Below are positions 31,881-40,420 of a stretch of 64,000 nt of DNA, in pieces. Location: positions 233,521-297,520 of the forward strand of contig CAXXCL010000001.1 of the NCBI GenBank assembly GCA_963668615.2, written 5' to 3'. Source of the DNA: Paludibacteraceae bacterium. GTDB taxonomy: Bacteria > Bacteroidota > Bacteroidia > Bacteroidales > Paludibacteraceae. A model generated the notes under the pieces. The model worked only from the letters and a program-made list of their open reading frames with translations, ran no database searches and had not been told where the DNA came from. Position 1 is the first letter of the stretch. Each line of letters starts with the position of its first letter. The translations under genes were made by a program, and so were the position numbers.

Positions 31881-32459
31881 ATGACATCAAAACTTCACGA
31901 AAAAAAAACTTTTGACAACATTGATTATTCAGACCAAAGTTTGAGTAAAAACGAATTCATTGACTGTAAATTCACAAATTGTGACTTTTCAAAAAGCAAA
32001 CTGAACGATACCGATTTCATAAATTGCGACTTTACAAACTGCAATTTTTCTTTAGCCCTGTTACAAAACACAGGATTAAAGGATATCCGTTTTACAAAAT
32101 GTAAACTGTTGGGCATTGACTTTAGTTGTTGCAATGATTTCTTGTTTACGGTAAATTTTCAAGATTGCATCCTTGATTATTCGTCATTTTTTAAAAAGAA
32201 AATAAAAAACACAAAGTTCGTGAATTGCTCCATCAAAGAAGCCGATTTTGGAGAAGTAGACCTATCAATGTCGATGTTCGACAATTGCGATTTACTTAAT
32301 ACCTCTTTTGTACAAACAAATCTTGAAAAAACTGATTTTCGCACCGCAAGAAATTATTCGATTGACCCTGAAATGAACCGAATGAAAAATGCTAAATTCT
32401 CGAATCTCGGTCTTGCGGGTTTATTGTACAAGTACTATCTCGACATTGAACTCATGTGA
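31881..32459 (+). CDS. Pentapeptide-repeat protein
   Basis: 192-aa ORF that is almost entirely A(D/N)LxX-type repeats (FIDCKFTNCDFSKSKLNDTDFINCDFTNCNFSLALLQNTGL...). Confidence 0.85.
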   Translation: MTSKLHEKKTFDNIDYSDQSLSKNEFIDCKFTNCDFSKSKLNDTDFINCDFTNCNFSLALLQNTGLKDIRFTKCKLLGIDFSCCNDFLFTVNFQDCILDYSSFFKKKIKNTKFVNCSIKEADFGEVDLSMSMFDNCDLLNTSFVQTNLEKTDFRTARNYSIDPEMNRMKNAKFSNLGLAGLLYKYYLDIELM

Positions 32460-32498
32460 TTTCACAACCTATTGATTTTTAAATAATTAAAATACAAA

Positions 32499-33182
32499 AT
32501 GAAAAAAGAAAATATTGAAAAAATACCTTGCATTGGAAAATGTTCTATAAACCTTTACCGATGGCTAAAAGGCGTTTCTCCTTTCACAACATCGAATGAA
32601 TATTGGGAGAAACGGTATAAAAAAGGCGGAAATTCGGGGGCTGGATCATACAATAATCTTGCAGAATTCAAGGGTGAAATAATCAACGATTTTGTTGTTA
32701 AAAACGACATTGAAACTGTAATAGAATTTGGCTGTGGTGACGGGAATCAGCTCAAATACTTCCAAATAAAATCATATATTGGTTTTGATGTCAGTGAAAC
32801 AGCCATTGCTCGCTGTGCTGCTTTATACAAAGAGGACAGTTCAAAACATTTTCAATTATTGAACAACCATAAGGACGAAAACGCCGATTTGGTAATGAGT
32901 TTGGATGTTATCTATCATTTGGTAGAAAATGAAACTTTTGAGAAATATATGGAAAAAGTATTTTCTTCTTCAATGAAATTTGTCATTATATACTCATCAA
33001 ATTTTGATGATGGAGAAGACAGAAAAGCACCTCATGTAAGACATCGAATATTTTCCAATTGGGTGGAAGAAAATGCTAAAAACTTCAAGCTTATTAAGCA
33101 TATTCCTAATAAATATCCATTCGATGGGAATGGCGAAAGAACGTCTTTGGCTGATTTCTATATTTTTCAAAAACAGCAATAA
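32499..33182 (+). CDS. Class I SAM-dependent methyltransferase
   Basis: 227-aa ORF with a motif I-like VIEFGCGDGNQL and the N-terminal YWEKRYKKGGNSGAGSY pattern. Confidence 0.75.
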   Translation: MKKENIEKIPCIGKCSINLYRWLKGVSPFTTSNEYWEKRYKKGGNSGAGSYNNLAEFKGEIINDFVVKNDIETVIEFGCGDGNQLKYFQIKSYIGFDVSETAIARCAALYKEDSSKHFQLLNNHKDENADLVMSLDVIYHLVENETFEKYMEKVFSSSMKFVIIYSSNFDDGEDRKAPHVRHRIFSNWVEENAKNFKLIKHIPNKYPFDGNGERTSLADFYIFQKQQ

Positions 33183-33196
33183 GATATTTCAACTAT

Positions 33197-33230
33197 AAAA
33201 GCCAAACTAAAAGATATTAGTTTGGCTTTT
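33197..33230. terminator. Bidirectional hairpin terminator
   Basis: Perfect 14-bp stem AAAAGCCAAACTAA / TTAGTTTGGCTTTT with a 6-nt loop. It lies between the convergent methyltransferase and aroB genes. Confidence 0.65.
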
Positions 33231-33254
33231 ATAGTATATAAATTGGGATGAAAA

Positions 33255-34319
33255 TTACATGCCCATCATTTCCCTATAAAAATCCAATGAATCGAAAATA
33301 GCCTCTTTTTCAATGTTTTGGTTAAGACTCAATTGCCCAATGCCCGAAAGCAAGGTGAAATTTATCACTTTATCAACGGTATTCTTTTTATCGTGAAGCA
33401 TCAGTTCGTATAGACAGTCGTAATCTTTGCAAGAAACAGCCAACCCTCGATAGTTTACTTTCACAAAATCAACAACCTGCATCATAATTTCTTTAGGAAA
33501 GCCCAAGTATTTATATGACAAATACAATTCACACACCATACCCCATGCTACAGCATATCCGTGTAAAGCCGGTTGATTTTTTTTGTATGAGAAACTTTCA
33601 AAGGCATGCCCAATAGTGTGTCCGAAATTTAGGGCTTTCCGCAAGCCTTGTTCATTTGGGTCTTGCAAAACAATATTTTCCTTTATTTGTATAGACGATT
33701 GTACCAAAGAGTTAAGTTTTTGATAGTCAATCTCATCAAAATCAAGCTGAAAAAGATTTTTCAATTCCTCTTCCGAAAAAATAAGAGCATGCTTTATCAT
33801 TTCGGCATAGCCCGACAAAAGATTGTTTTTATCCAGCGTTTGCAAAAATTGTGTATCAATCAACACACTTTTACTGGGATTAATGACTCCTATTTCATTT
33901 TTCAATCCATTGAAATTAATCCCTGTTTTGCCACCCACAGCAGCATCAATCATTGCCAACAAAGTAGTCGGAATATTGATAAAACTCATGCCACGCTTAA
34001 ACGTAGAGGCTGCAAAACCGCCCAAATCAGTAATCATGCCACCACCCAAATTTATCATCAACGATTTTCTGGTTGCACCATGCTCACTCAAATATTTCCA
34101 AATAGAAACGAGCGTTTCTACATTTTTACTGTTATCTCCGGATTCAACTTCTATCAAAGAGGCTTTTCTGATTTTCTCTACCTTGGCTAAAAAAGGAAAA
34201 CAGTGTTTTTTTGTTTCCTTATCGGTCAGTATAAATATATACTGAGGTTGAATGTTTTCAACCTCAGCTAAAATATCTTTCGATATATCGGAACAAAAAA
34301 CGACACGTTGTTGTGACAT
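33255..34319 (-). CDS. aroB: 3-dehydroquinate synthase
   Basis: 354-aa ORF with LGGGMITDLGGFAASTFKRG, DAAVGGKTGINF and GHTIGHAFE motifs. Confidence 0.93.
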   Translation of the reverse strand: MSQQRVVFCSDISKDILAEVENIQPQYIFILTDKETKKHCFPFLAKVEKIRKASLIEVESGDNSKNVETLVSIWKYLSEHGATRKSLMINLGGGMITDLGGFAASTFKRGMSFINIPTTLLAMIDAAVGGKTGINFNGLKNEIGVINPSKSVLIDTQFLQTLDKNNLLSGYAEMIKHALIFSEEELKNLFQLDFDEIDYQKLNSLVQSSIQIKENIVLQDPNEQGLRKALNFGHTIGHAFESFSYKKNQPALHGYAVAWGMVCELYLSYKYLGFPKEIMMQVVDFVKVNYRGLAVSCKDYDCLYELMLHDKKNTVDKVINFTLLSGIGQLSLNQNIEKEAIFDSLDFYREMMGM

Positions 34320-34350
34320 ATTTCGTGAATTAGAAAATCAATCTTGAAAA

Positions 34351-35358
34351 CTAAATATTTCCTTCTGCAATAAGGTATTCAGCTATCTGAACAGCATTAA
34401 GGGCAGCACCTTTTTTAATTTGATCGCTTACAGACCAAAAAAACAGGCCATTTGGATTAGTAAGGTCTTTTTTTACTCTTCCCACATATACAGGATCCTT
34501 GCCTGCCACAAACAATGGCATCGGATATTCTTTTTCCGCAGGATTATCTTGCAAAATAACTCCTTCCGCAGATAAAAAAGCCTTATGTGCTTCCTCTACC
34601 GAAATAGGGCGACTGGTTTCTATCCAAGTAGCTTCCGAATGTGCACGCAAAGAAGGAACACGAACACACATGGCACTCACCTCAATATCGGAATGCATGA
34701 TTTTACGCGTTTCATTATACATTTTCATTTCTTCCTTCGTGTAACCATTATCGGTAAACACATCTATCTGAGGAATAACATTATAAGCCAACTGATAAGC
34801 AAATTTTGATACGGTCGGTTTTTCGCCGTTTAGTACTTGCTTGTATTGTAATTCCAATTCGTCCATAGCAGCAGCACCCGCACCACTGGCTGCTTGATAA
34901 GTAGACACATGCACTTTTTTAATGTGTGATAATTTTTCTATCGCCTGCAATGCTACAACCATTTGAATGGTAGTGCAATTAGGATTGGCAATGATACCAC
35001 GAGGACGCACTTTTGCATCCGGAGCATTCACTTCGGGCACTACCAAAGGAACATCCGAATCCATACGAAATGCACTTGAATTATCTATCATTACAGCACC
35101 AAATTTGGTAATATCGGCTGCAAATTCTTTAGAAATACTTGCTCCGGCAGATGTAAAGGCAATATCAATTCCTTTAAAATCATCTCCATGTTTTAATTCT
35201 TTGACAGTATATTTTTTACCCTTAAAGGTGTATTCCGTTCCGGCACTACGAGAAGAACCGAATAATACTAACTCACTAATGGGAAAATTGCGTTCTGCAA
35301 GAACTCTCAAAAATTCTTGTCCAACCGCACCACTGGTTCCGACAATTGCTACTTTCAT
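34351..35358 (-). CDS. asd: Aspartate-semialdehyde dehydrogenase
   Basis: 335-aa ORF starting [16 protein letters not shown], with active-site context [12 protein letters not shown] and a SGAG motif. Confidence 0.94.
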   Translation of the reverse strand: MKVAIVGTSGAVGQEFLRVLAERNFPISELVLFGSSRSAGTEYTFKGKKYTVKELKHGDDFKGIDIAFTSAGASISKEFAADITKFGAVMIDNSSAFRMDSDVPLVVPEVNAPDAKVRPRGIIANPNCTTIQMVVALQAIEKLSHIKKVHVSTYQAASGAGAAAMDELELQYKQVLNGEKPTVSKFAYQLAYNVIPQIDVFTDNGYTKEEMKMYNETRKIMHSDIEVSAMCVRVPSLRAHSEATWIETSRPISVEEAHKAFLSAEGVILQDNPAEKEYPMPLFVAGKDPVYVGRVKKDLTNPNGLFFWSVSDQIKKGAALNAVQIAEYLIAEGNI

Positions 35359-35402
35359 CTTTCTGTACTATTTATTAAATGGTTAAGAATTAAAAACTGG
35401 CA

Positions 35403-35410
35403 CAAAAATA
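35403..35410 (-). promoter_or_regulatory. Putative -7 box (TATTTTTG) for asd-aroB
   Basis: The reverse complement of caaaaata matches TAnnTTTG. It lies 45 nt upstream of the asd ATG. Confidence 0.35.
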
Positions 35411-35477
35411 CAAATTAATTATCAATTTTTAAATTCTGATGAATATGAATGAACGACAAAACTTTCTTTTGAATTAA

Positions 35478-35521
35478 CTTCTGTTAAACAAGTCCTGAAA
35501 AATATTGCTTCTGTTAACAAA
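35478..35521 (+). repeat. Direct repeat CTTCTGTTAA(A)CAA x2, 30-nt register, overlapping the promoter of the toxin-like locus
   Basis: 35478-35491 is cttctgttaaacaa and 35508-35521 is cttctgttaacaaa. The second copy lies between the -33-like ATTG (35504-35507) and the -7 box (35528). Confidence 0.5.
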
Positions 35522-35527
35522 TGTGGC

Positions 35528-35535
35528 TACTTTTG
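35528..35535 (+). promoter_or_regulatory. Putative -7 box TACTTTTG driving the 35.5-41.8 kb locus
   Basis: Exact TAnnTTTG match with ATTG 20 nt upstream. It lies 36 nt before the ATG at 35571. Confidence 0.5.
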
Positions 35536-35570
35536 CTCTGCAATTAAAAAACACTTTAACACAAAATACA

Positions 35571-35784
35571 ATGAAAAAAATATTATTCTCGGTTTTTCTA
35601 TGTTGTAGCATCAACTTTTCATCTGTTGAATAACCTTATACAGGGTATAAAATTAGAGGAACGGACGTTGAGAGGTAGCCGTTGGTATAGGGAGAATTAT
35701 CAAGAAACGCTACCAAGCGGGCAGTACGTGTTACAAATGATAACGGAGACTGTTCGTGCAACCTATAAGCTGATTATACGATAG
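35571..35784 (+). pseudogene. Collapsed remnant of a T9SS cargo gene (signal peptide plus C-terminal sorting-domain tail in different frames)
   Basis: ATG 35571 gives MKKILFSVFLCCSINFSSVE then a stop. The +1 frame is open over 35575-35781 and ends ...ERTLRGSRWYRENYQETLPSGQYVLQMITETVRATYKLIIR then a stop, which resembles the last strands of a T9SS CTD. Confidence 0.55.
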
Positions 35785-35786
35785 AG

Positions 35787-38700
35787 ATGAGAATGACACA
35801 CAGACAACATACCATTTCGTTTAGGTTTATACTTTGCTTAACGGTATTCTTTTTTGCAAAGAGTATTTTTTTGCAAGCCCAGTTACGCAGTACCTATCCG
35901 GTACAGGTAAGTACGGTGGTGTTAAGTCCGGCACCTATCTATTTGGTAGATTATAGCGGAGGCGAGACGGACAAGCTATCCGTTACGTTGCTGAGTCGGG
36001 ATTTGAACCAATCGAGTTTGAAAGTTAAATTGCGACTTACCCTCAAATGTTCGATGGGACAGGAGTTGGTTACCAAGACCGAAGCCTATTTCGAGGCGAT
36101 AACCTTGGAACCGGGTGTGCCGTTGCGTTTGACCATGCAAGAGTTGGCACCGTATTTCAGGCAAGAAAATTTGAATAGTTACGGAAGCCTTTCGCAAGGG
36201 AAATTGCCGTTGGGCAGCACGCAGTTTTGTTTTGAGGCGGTGGAATATTATACCGGCAAAGTTCTTTCGACACAAAGTTGCGGTTCCACGTTTTTAGCTT
36301 TGCAGAAGCCTCCGCTTTTGGTACAACCGGCTGTTGGGAAAAAGCAATATGCAAGCGATAATTTGAATATACTTTTTCAGTGGTCGCCGCAACATTCTTT
36401 GGGAGTAGGTACGGTAGAATATGAGTTTACGCTGAAAGAAATAGAGGATAATACAGCTTCATTGGAAACGGCCTATAGCTATTCTCCTGTCATTTACAGC
36501 ACCACCACGGGAGCTACCGGTTTGGCGTATACAATGGCCAATCCGCCCCTGTCAGCCAATAAGAAATATGCCTGGAGCGTTCGAGCTTTTTTGCCCTTTT
36601 CAGCCAATGCAAGCAATATTCCCTTTGAAAATAATGGCAACAGTACCATTTCGTGGTTTCAAATGAAATCACCCTGCACGGCACCCACCAACGTACAAGC
36701 CGCCACATCGGATGATAAGTTGATATTGGAATGGACACCTTCGAGAGAATACAGCTCCTACGAAGTAAGCTACCGCCGTAGTGATTTTGACAAACAAACC
36801 TGGTACCAACAGCAAACACAAGACGCCACCATTACCTTGAAAGACCTTACCCCGGGACATACGTACCTTTATCGGGTAGGAGGCGTTTGTGAAGGACAAA
36901 CGGAAGTAACATACGGCAGCTCGGATAGCCTTGCCCTTCCTTTAAATGACAGCATTATTTTGGCACATTGCGGAGAAAAACCTTCAATAGAACTCTCCAA
37001 CCAAGAACCCAAAGAATCTTTGACACAGGGGGATAAGATTAAGGCAGGTGATTTTTCCGTTACCTTGACAAGCGTTAATGGAAGCCATGGCATTTTCAGT
37101 GGAGAAGGATATGCGGTTGTCCCTTTTGTGGGTAATTTGCCCTTAGCGGTACATTTTACGGGCATAGGCGTAAACACGGACAATCAGCTGATATCAGGGT
37201 TTATCGAAACAAAATATGATGCATCCAATTCGGGTATTGTAAGTACCGATGTTCTCTTTTATGGCGGAACGGCAACCGCCCAGGCAGGTATTATAAAGCC
37301 CGATGTAACGTTAGCGTTCAGCGTGTCGGAACAAACCCGGGTGCAGTACGACCCAGAGAGTCATACCTTGCTTTTTTATGATGCCACGGGAAATTTGATA
37401 GGAAGCGTAGAACCTTCGGGAGATGAATCCGATGTTTCTTTTCCTGTTATCATACAAGATAAAGACGGCAATACGTACGAGGTAGCTCCTGCCGATGGAG
37501 CCTCGTCTGCGGGCGGTACCACGCAAAAGTGTGTGCTTACCCCTTTGGGAAAACAAGGAGCCGCTTTGTCCGATAATGCCTTTAATTACAATACATTGGA
37601 TACGAATAAAGGCATGGTGACCTTTTTTGATGAGGGCGGAACATACAGTTTTGATACCTTTTTGCCGTATTACGATAATGTTTCTTTAATCCGTTATGCC
37701 AATGGTCAGGATGGCGATCGTCTTTATCCTAAACTTTCCGCTACCTATTATGTGCCCTGGAAGTTTATTCCAACAGGAAAGAAAGATAAAGTCAACGCTT
37801 CTGTCAGTTTGTCGGACAAGACCTTAGAGGCAACCAAAATTGTTTTTGAAACCAAGGAAGGCTTGGTTGTTCCGTCTGTATATGATGCCAAGAAAAAGGA
37901 ATTTGAACTTACCTTAACCGGCACCCAGGAGGGTAGCAGTCAGAGTGTTTATGCTCTATATCCATGCGGCAGCGATAAATATTACCAGTTGGGACAGTTG
38001 CGTACCGACTCCCACAGTACACAGACATACAAAGTGGTGTTGGTCAATGCAGGAGGCAGTTATCAAACCAATACCATTGGCAAAGAACTCAATGCCCTGT
38101 ACAACAAAATAGGCATTAATTGGGAAGTGGAAGAAGTTACGGATTTTAGTTACGACGCCGACCAAATAAAGAACCTGTTTGACAAAAACAGCGGCTTGTT
38201 GAGTGCCTATAACAGCGAAATGGTAAGTCTGAACAATGAGCTGAAAACCTTTTTGGGCAGCCGATACGATGCGACGGCTTGTTACGTGTTTATGGCAGAT
38301 AAGAATGCCGCAGGAAAGAAACGCGATGTGGTAGGTTTTATGCCCCGAGGCAGACAGTTTGCCTATATGTATGCGGGTGATATGGCAAAAGATGAAATCT
38401 CGGCAGCCATAGCCCATGAGCTGGCACATGGTAAGTTTAAGCTACGCCATACCTTTGATGCGTCGTATGGCTCCGACAGAAAAGAGGGCGAAAATCCTAC
38501 GAACCTGATGGACTACCGGGGTGGTACCCATATAGCCAAATGGCAATGGAGTCAGGTATATGACCCTGCTATTTTGAATGGCATCTTTGATAGCGACGAA
38601 GAGGGACAATTGGCTATCCTTGGGGGCATTACTTGGTTAGGCGACTTGTTTTGGGGTCTGGCTCCCGATGCACAAGAAAAAAGTATAGAAAAAGATATAT

Positions 38701-39806
38701 CTTTGTTTAACCATGTTTACCAAAAATATGACAGCTATTTTGCTGCTTCAACCACAAAAAATACGGCTATAGGTTTAACCGCTTATAAGAAATGGTCGGT
38801 AAGAAAAGAATCGCATGCACAAACGATATGTAAGAAAATATTTGAGAAATTAGTCAAAAAAGAAAACGAGCATTACACCCTGGTGTCAAAAGGGGTTTAT
38901 GTGGAAAAATACACCCTGGAAAACATACCTTACCGAATTGCTGTTTATAGTCCGAAAGGCTCTTTTGAATTGGATTACGACAAGATTCGTTTGGGCAGTA
39001 TCAGTGAATTGGCAGATTGCCAATACGTAAAAGCGGGATATACAAATACGTATGGTTTAATTTCGTTTTATAACGCCAAGCAAGAGTCGATTATGACCAT
39101 TCAAATAATGGGCGGCGAACCTGAAACAGCCATGTTGCGATGGTTAAATTACCTGGGTTTAGTGGTTGCTTCGGATAAACAAAAGGAGGCGGATAAGAAA
39201 AATGAAGAAAAACTGGATGCCGTAAATGTTAAAGTACATACTGAGGCGGATGTGAAGGATTATTGGGACGGGAAAGAAGAAAAAGGAATAAAAATAGCTT
39301 TAGACTCAATTGCTACCTATGTAGAAGCAACTGAATATAAGCAGGAAACAGGCTCTCTTCGTACTGGTAAAGATAAATTAGCATTAACTTATATGGATTG
39401 TACGGAGTTAGTAGCTCGATTTGTTCAGTTAGCTTGTGAACAAAAAGATGTCCAATCATTCTCCACATTAATGTTAGCTCCATATGCCAAAGAAAATGGA
39501 GTTTATGGAGGCTATTTAGAATTTGTATCGGGAAGTGCTTCTGAAAGTCATGTTGATATACGACCTGGAGATATTTTTATATGGAGGAGAAAATCGGATG
39601 GACATGTTGGTGTGGTAGAGTCTTACAAGGAACCATATGTCCATGTTATAGAAGCCTTGACAAGTGGATGTGAAGGAAGCCTGAATGTTGGCAGTTGCAA
39701 TCGGTGTGTAAGAAGATCAAAATATACACGGAATGGTAAGGCTTTATTTAAGCATGAGGGATGGAAAGGATATTTTAGAACTATAATTAAAAATGAGAAA
39801 AAATGA
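35787..39806 (+). CDS. Giant secreted modular protein: signal peptide, FN3-like module, HExxH zincin motif, C-terminal NlpC/P60-like Cys/His module (polymorphic-toxin-like)
   Basis: 1339-aa ORF. The signal peptide ends ..SIFLQAQ. The FN3-like segment (res about 297-375) reads CTAPTNVQAATSDDKLILEWTPS...YEVSYRR...LTPGHTYLYRV. HELAH lies at res 877-881 (nt 38415-38429), followed by NLMDY. The C-terminal motifs are MDC(1205)TELV, PGDIFIW, DGH(1273)VGVV and HVIEA. No T9SS CTD is present at the C-terminus. Confidence 0.8.
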   Translation: MRMTHRQHTISFRFILCLTVFFFAKSIFLQAQLRSTYPVQVSTVVLSPAPIYLVDYSGGETDKLSVTLLSRDLNQSSLKVKLRLTLKCSMGQELVTKTEAYFEAITLEPGVPLRLTMQELAPYFRQENLNSYGSLSQGKLPLGSTQFCFEAVEYYTGKVLSTQSCGSTFLALQKPPLLVQPAVGKKQYASDNLNILFQWSPQHSLGVGTVEYEFTLKEIEDNTASLETAYSYSPVIYSTTTGATGLAYTMANPPLSANKKYAWSVRAFLPFSANASNIPFENNGNSTISWFQMKSPCTAPTNVQAATSDDKLILEWTPSREYSSYEVSYRRSDFDKQTWYQQQTQDATITLKDLTPGHTYLYRVGGVCEGQTEVTYGSSDSLALPLNDSIILAHCGEKPSIELSNQEPKESLTQGDKIKAGDFSVTLTSVNGSHGIFSGEGYAVVPFVGNLPLAVHFTGIGVNTDNQLISGFIETKYDASNSGIVSTDVLFYGGTATAQAGIIKPDVTLAFSVSEQTRVQYDPESHTLLFYDATGNLIGSVEPSGDESDVSFPVIIQDKDGNTYEVAPADGASSAGGTTQKCVLTPLGKQGAALSDNAFNYNTLDTNKGMVTFFDEGGTYSFDTFLPYYDNVSLIRYANGQDGDRLYPKLSATYYVPWKFIPTGKKDKVNASVSLSDKTLEATKIVFETKEGLVVPSVYDAKKKEFELTLTGTQEGSSQSVYALYPCGSDKYYQLGQLRTDSHSTQTYKVVLVNAGGSYQTNTIGKELNALYNKIGINWEVEEVTDFSYDADQIKNLFDKNSGLLSAYNSEMVSLNNELKTFLGSRYDATACYVFMADKNAAGKKRDVVGFMPRGRQFAYMYAGDMAKDEISAAIAHELAHGKFKLRHTFDASYGSDRKEGENPTNLMDYRGGTHIAKWQWSQVYDPAILNGIFDSDEEGQLAILGGITWLGDLFWGLAPDAQEKSIEKDISLFNHVYQKYDSYFAASTTKNTAIGLTAYKKWSVRKESHAQTICKKIFEKLVKKENEHYTLVSKGVYVEKYTLENIPYRIAVYSPKGSFELDYDKIRLGSISELADCQYVKAGYTNTYGLISFYNAKQESIMTIQIMGGEPETAMLRWLNYLGLVVASDKQKEADKKNEEKLDAVNVKVHTEADVKDYWDGKEEKGIKIALDSIATYVEATEYKQETGSLRTGKDKLALTYMDCTELVARFVQLACEQKDVQSFSTLMLAPYAKENGVYGGYLEFVSGSASESHVDIRPGDIFIWRRKSDGHVGVVESYKEPYVHVIEALTSGCEGSLNVGSCNRCVRRSKYTRNGKALFKHEGWKGYFRTIIKNEKK

Positions 39807-40420
39807 GAAAAATAGTATTTATTTTATTTTTGGTGAGTTTCGCGGATTGTAGTTTAGCGAAACAACAAGAGACCAGTGCCGTTAATTTTTTTGATTTTTT
39901 TCTGTATGAGGAGGGTGTGTCACTCTCAGATTGTAAATTAAATGAAAAACCACTCAAAAAAATTCCTTTTATTTATTATGAATTTTATTGTGAAGATACA
40001 AATTTGAATGGGTCAGGGTGTTTTTTTGCTATACCAAAGGATACTTCAGTTTGGAAAATCAGCGATGAGGAAAATAAAAAAAATATAAAAAGGGAAGAAA
40101 AATATCAACAAACTCTTGCAAGAGAAAAAGAAGCAGTTCGTTTTTTGTTTTCTCAAAGGACGGTTCTTGCAAATAAATTTGATTTGTATGTATTTTATGT
40201 GCCTCAAAAATATATCAAGGTTCTTCCTGATGGGTTGTCGAAAGATGATGGCACTATTGCTGATTATTATTATGAATCTGATAATTCAATTATTTCGGTT
40301 TATCAATATAAGGATGGTGTATGGATAAAAAATGGTGAGTTTAAAAGTAAAGGTGAAACAACTAGAACAGCAGGAATGCTGTTTGCCGAAAAGTTGTTAA
40401 AGAAAAAGTTTTTTCAATGA
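39803..40420 (+). CDS. Secreted small protein, candidate cognate immunity protein
   Basis: 205-aa ORF whose ATG overlaps the upstream stop (ATGA at 39803-39806). It has an N-terminal signal peptide (MRKIVFILFLVSFADCSLAKQ), is AT-rich, and I do not recognise a family. Confidence 0.6.
   Translation: MRKIVFILFLVSFADCSLAKQQETSAVNFFDFFLYEEGVSLSDCKLNEKPLKKIPFIYYEFYCEDTNLNGSGCFFAIPKDTSVWKISDEENKKNIKREEKYQQTLAREKEAVRFLFSQRTVLANKFDLYVFYVPQKYIKVLPDGLSKDDGTIADYYYESDNSIISVYQYKDGVWIKNGEFKSKGETTRTAGMLFAEKLLKKKFFQ

Noticed and set aside
33648-35386. Long plus-strand ORFs (180, 140 and 139 aa) overlapping aroB and asd.
   Set aside because: They are antisense to two unambiguous biosynthetic genes. Their translations are compositionally biased with no recognisable domains.
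35976-38429. Antisense ORFs inside the 1339-aa gene (35976-36275, 36514-36819, 36869-37183, 37311-37556, 37956-38429; up to 157 aa).
   Set aside because: The higher G+C of this segment lowers stop-codon frequency, so long shadow frames are expected. The translations are Arg/Cys-rich with no recognisable motifs or start context.
39790-39810. Tandem 10-nt duplication AAAATGAGAA x2 at the toxin-stop/immunity-start junction.
   Set aside because: This could be a recombination scar, but it is short and A-rich and could arise by chance or slippage. The first ATG (39793) opens only a 19-codon out-of-frame ORF.
40116-40328. 70-aa alternative-frame ORF inside the 205-aa candidate immunity gene.
   Set aside because: It is fully nested, has no promoter or start context, and has a hydrophobic low-complexity translation.
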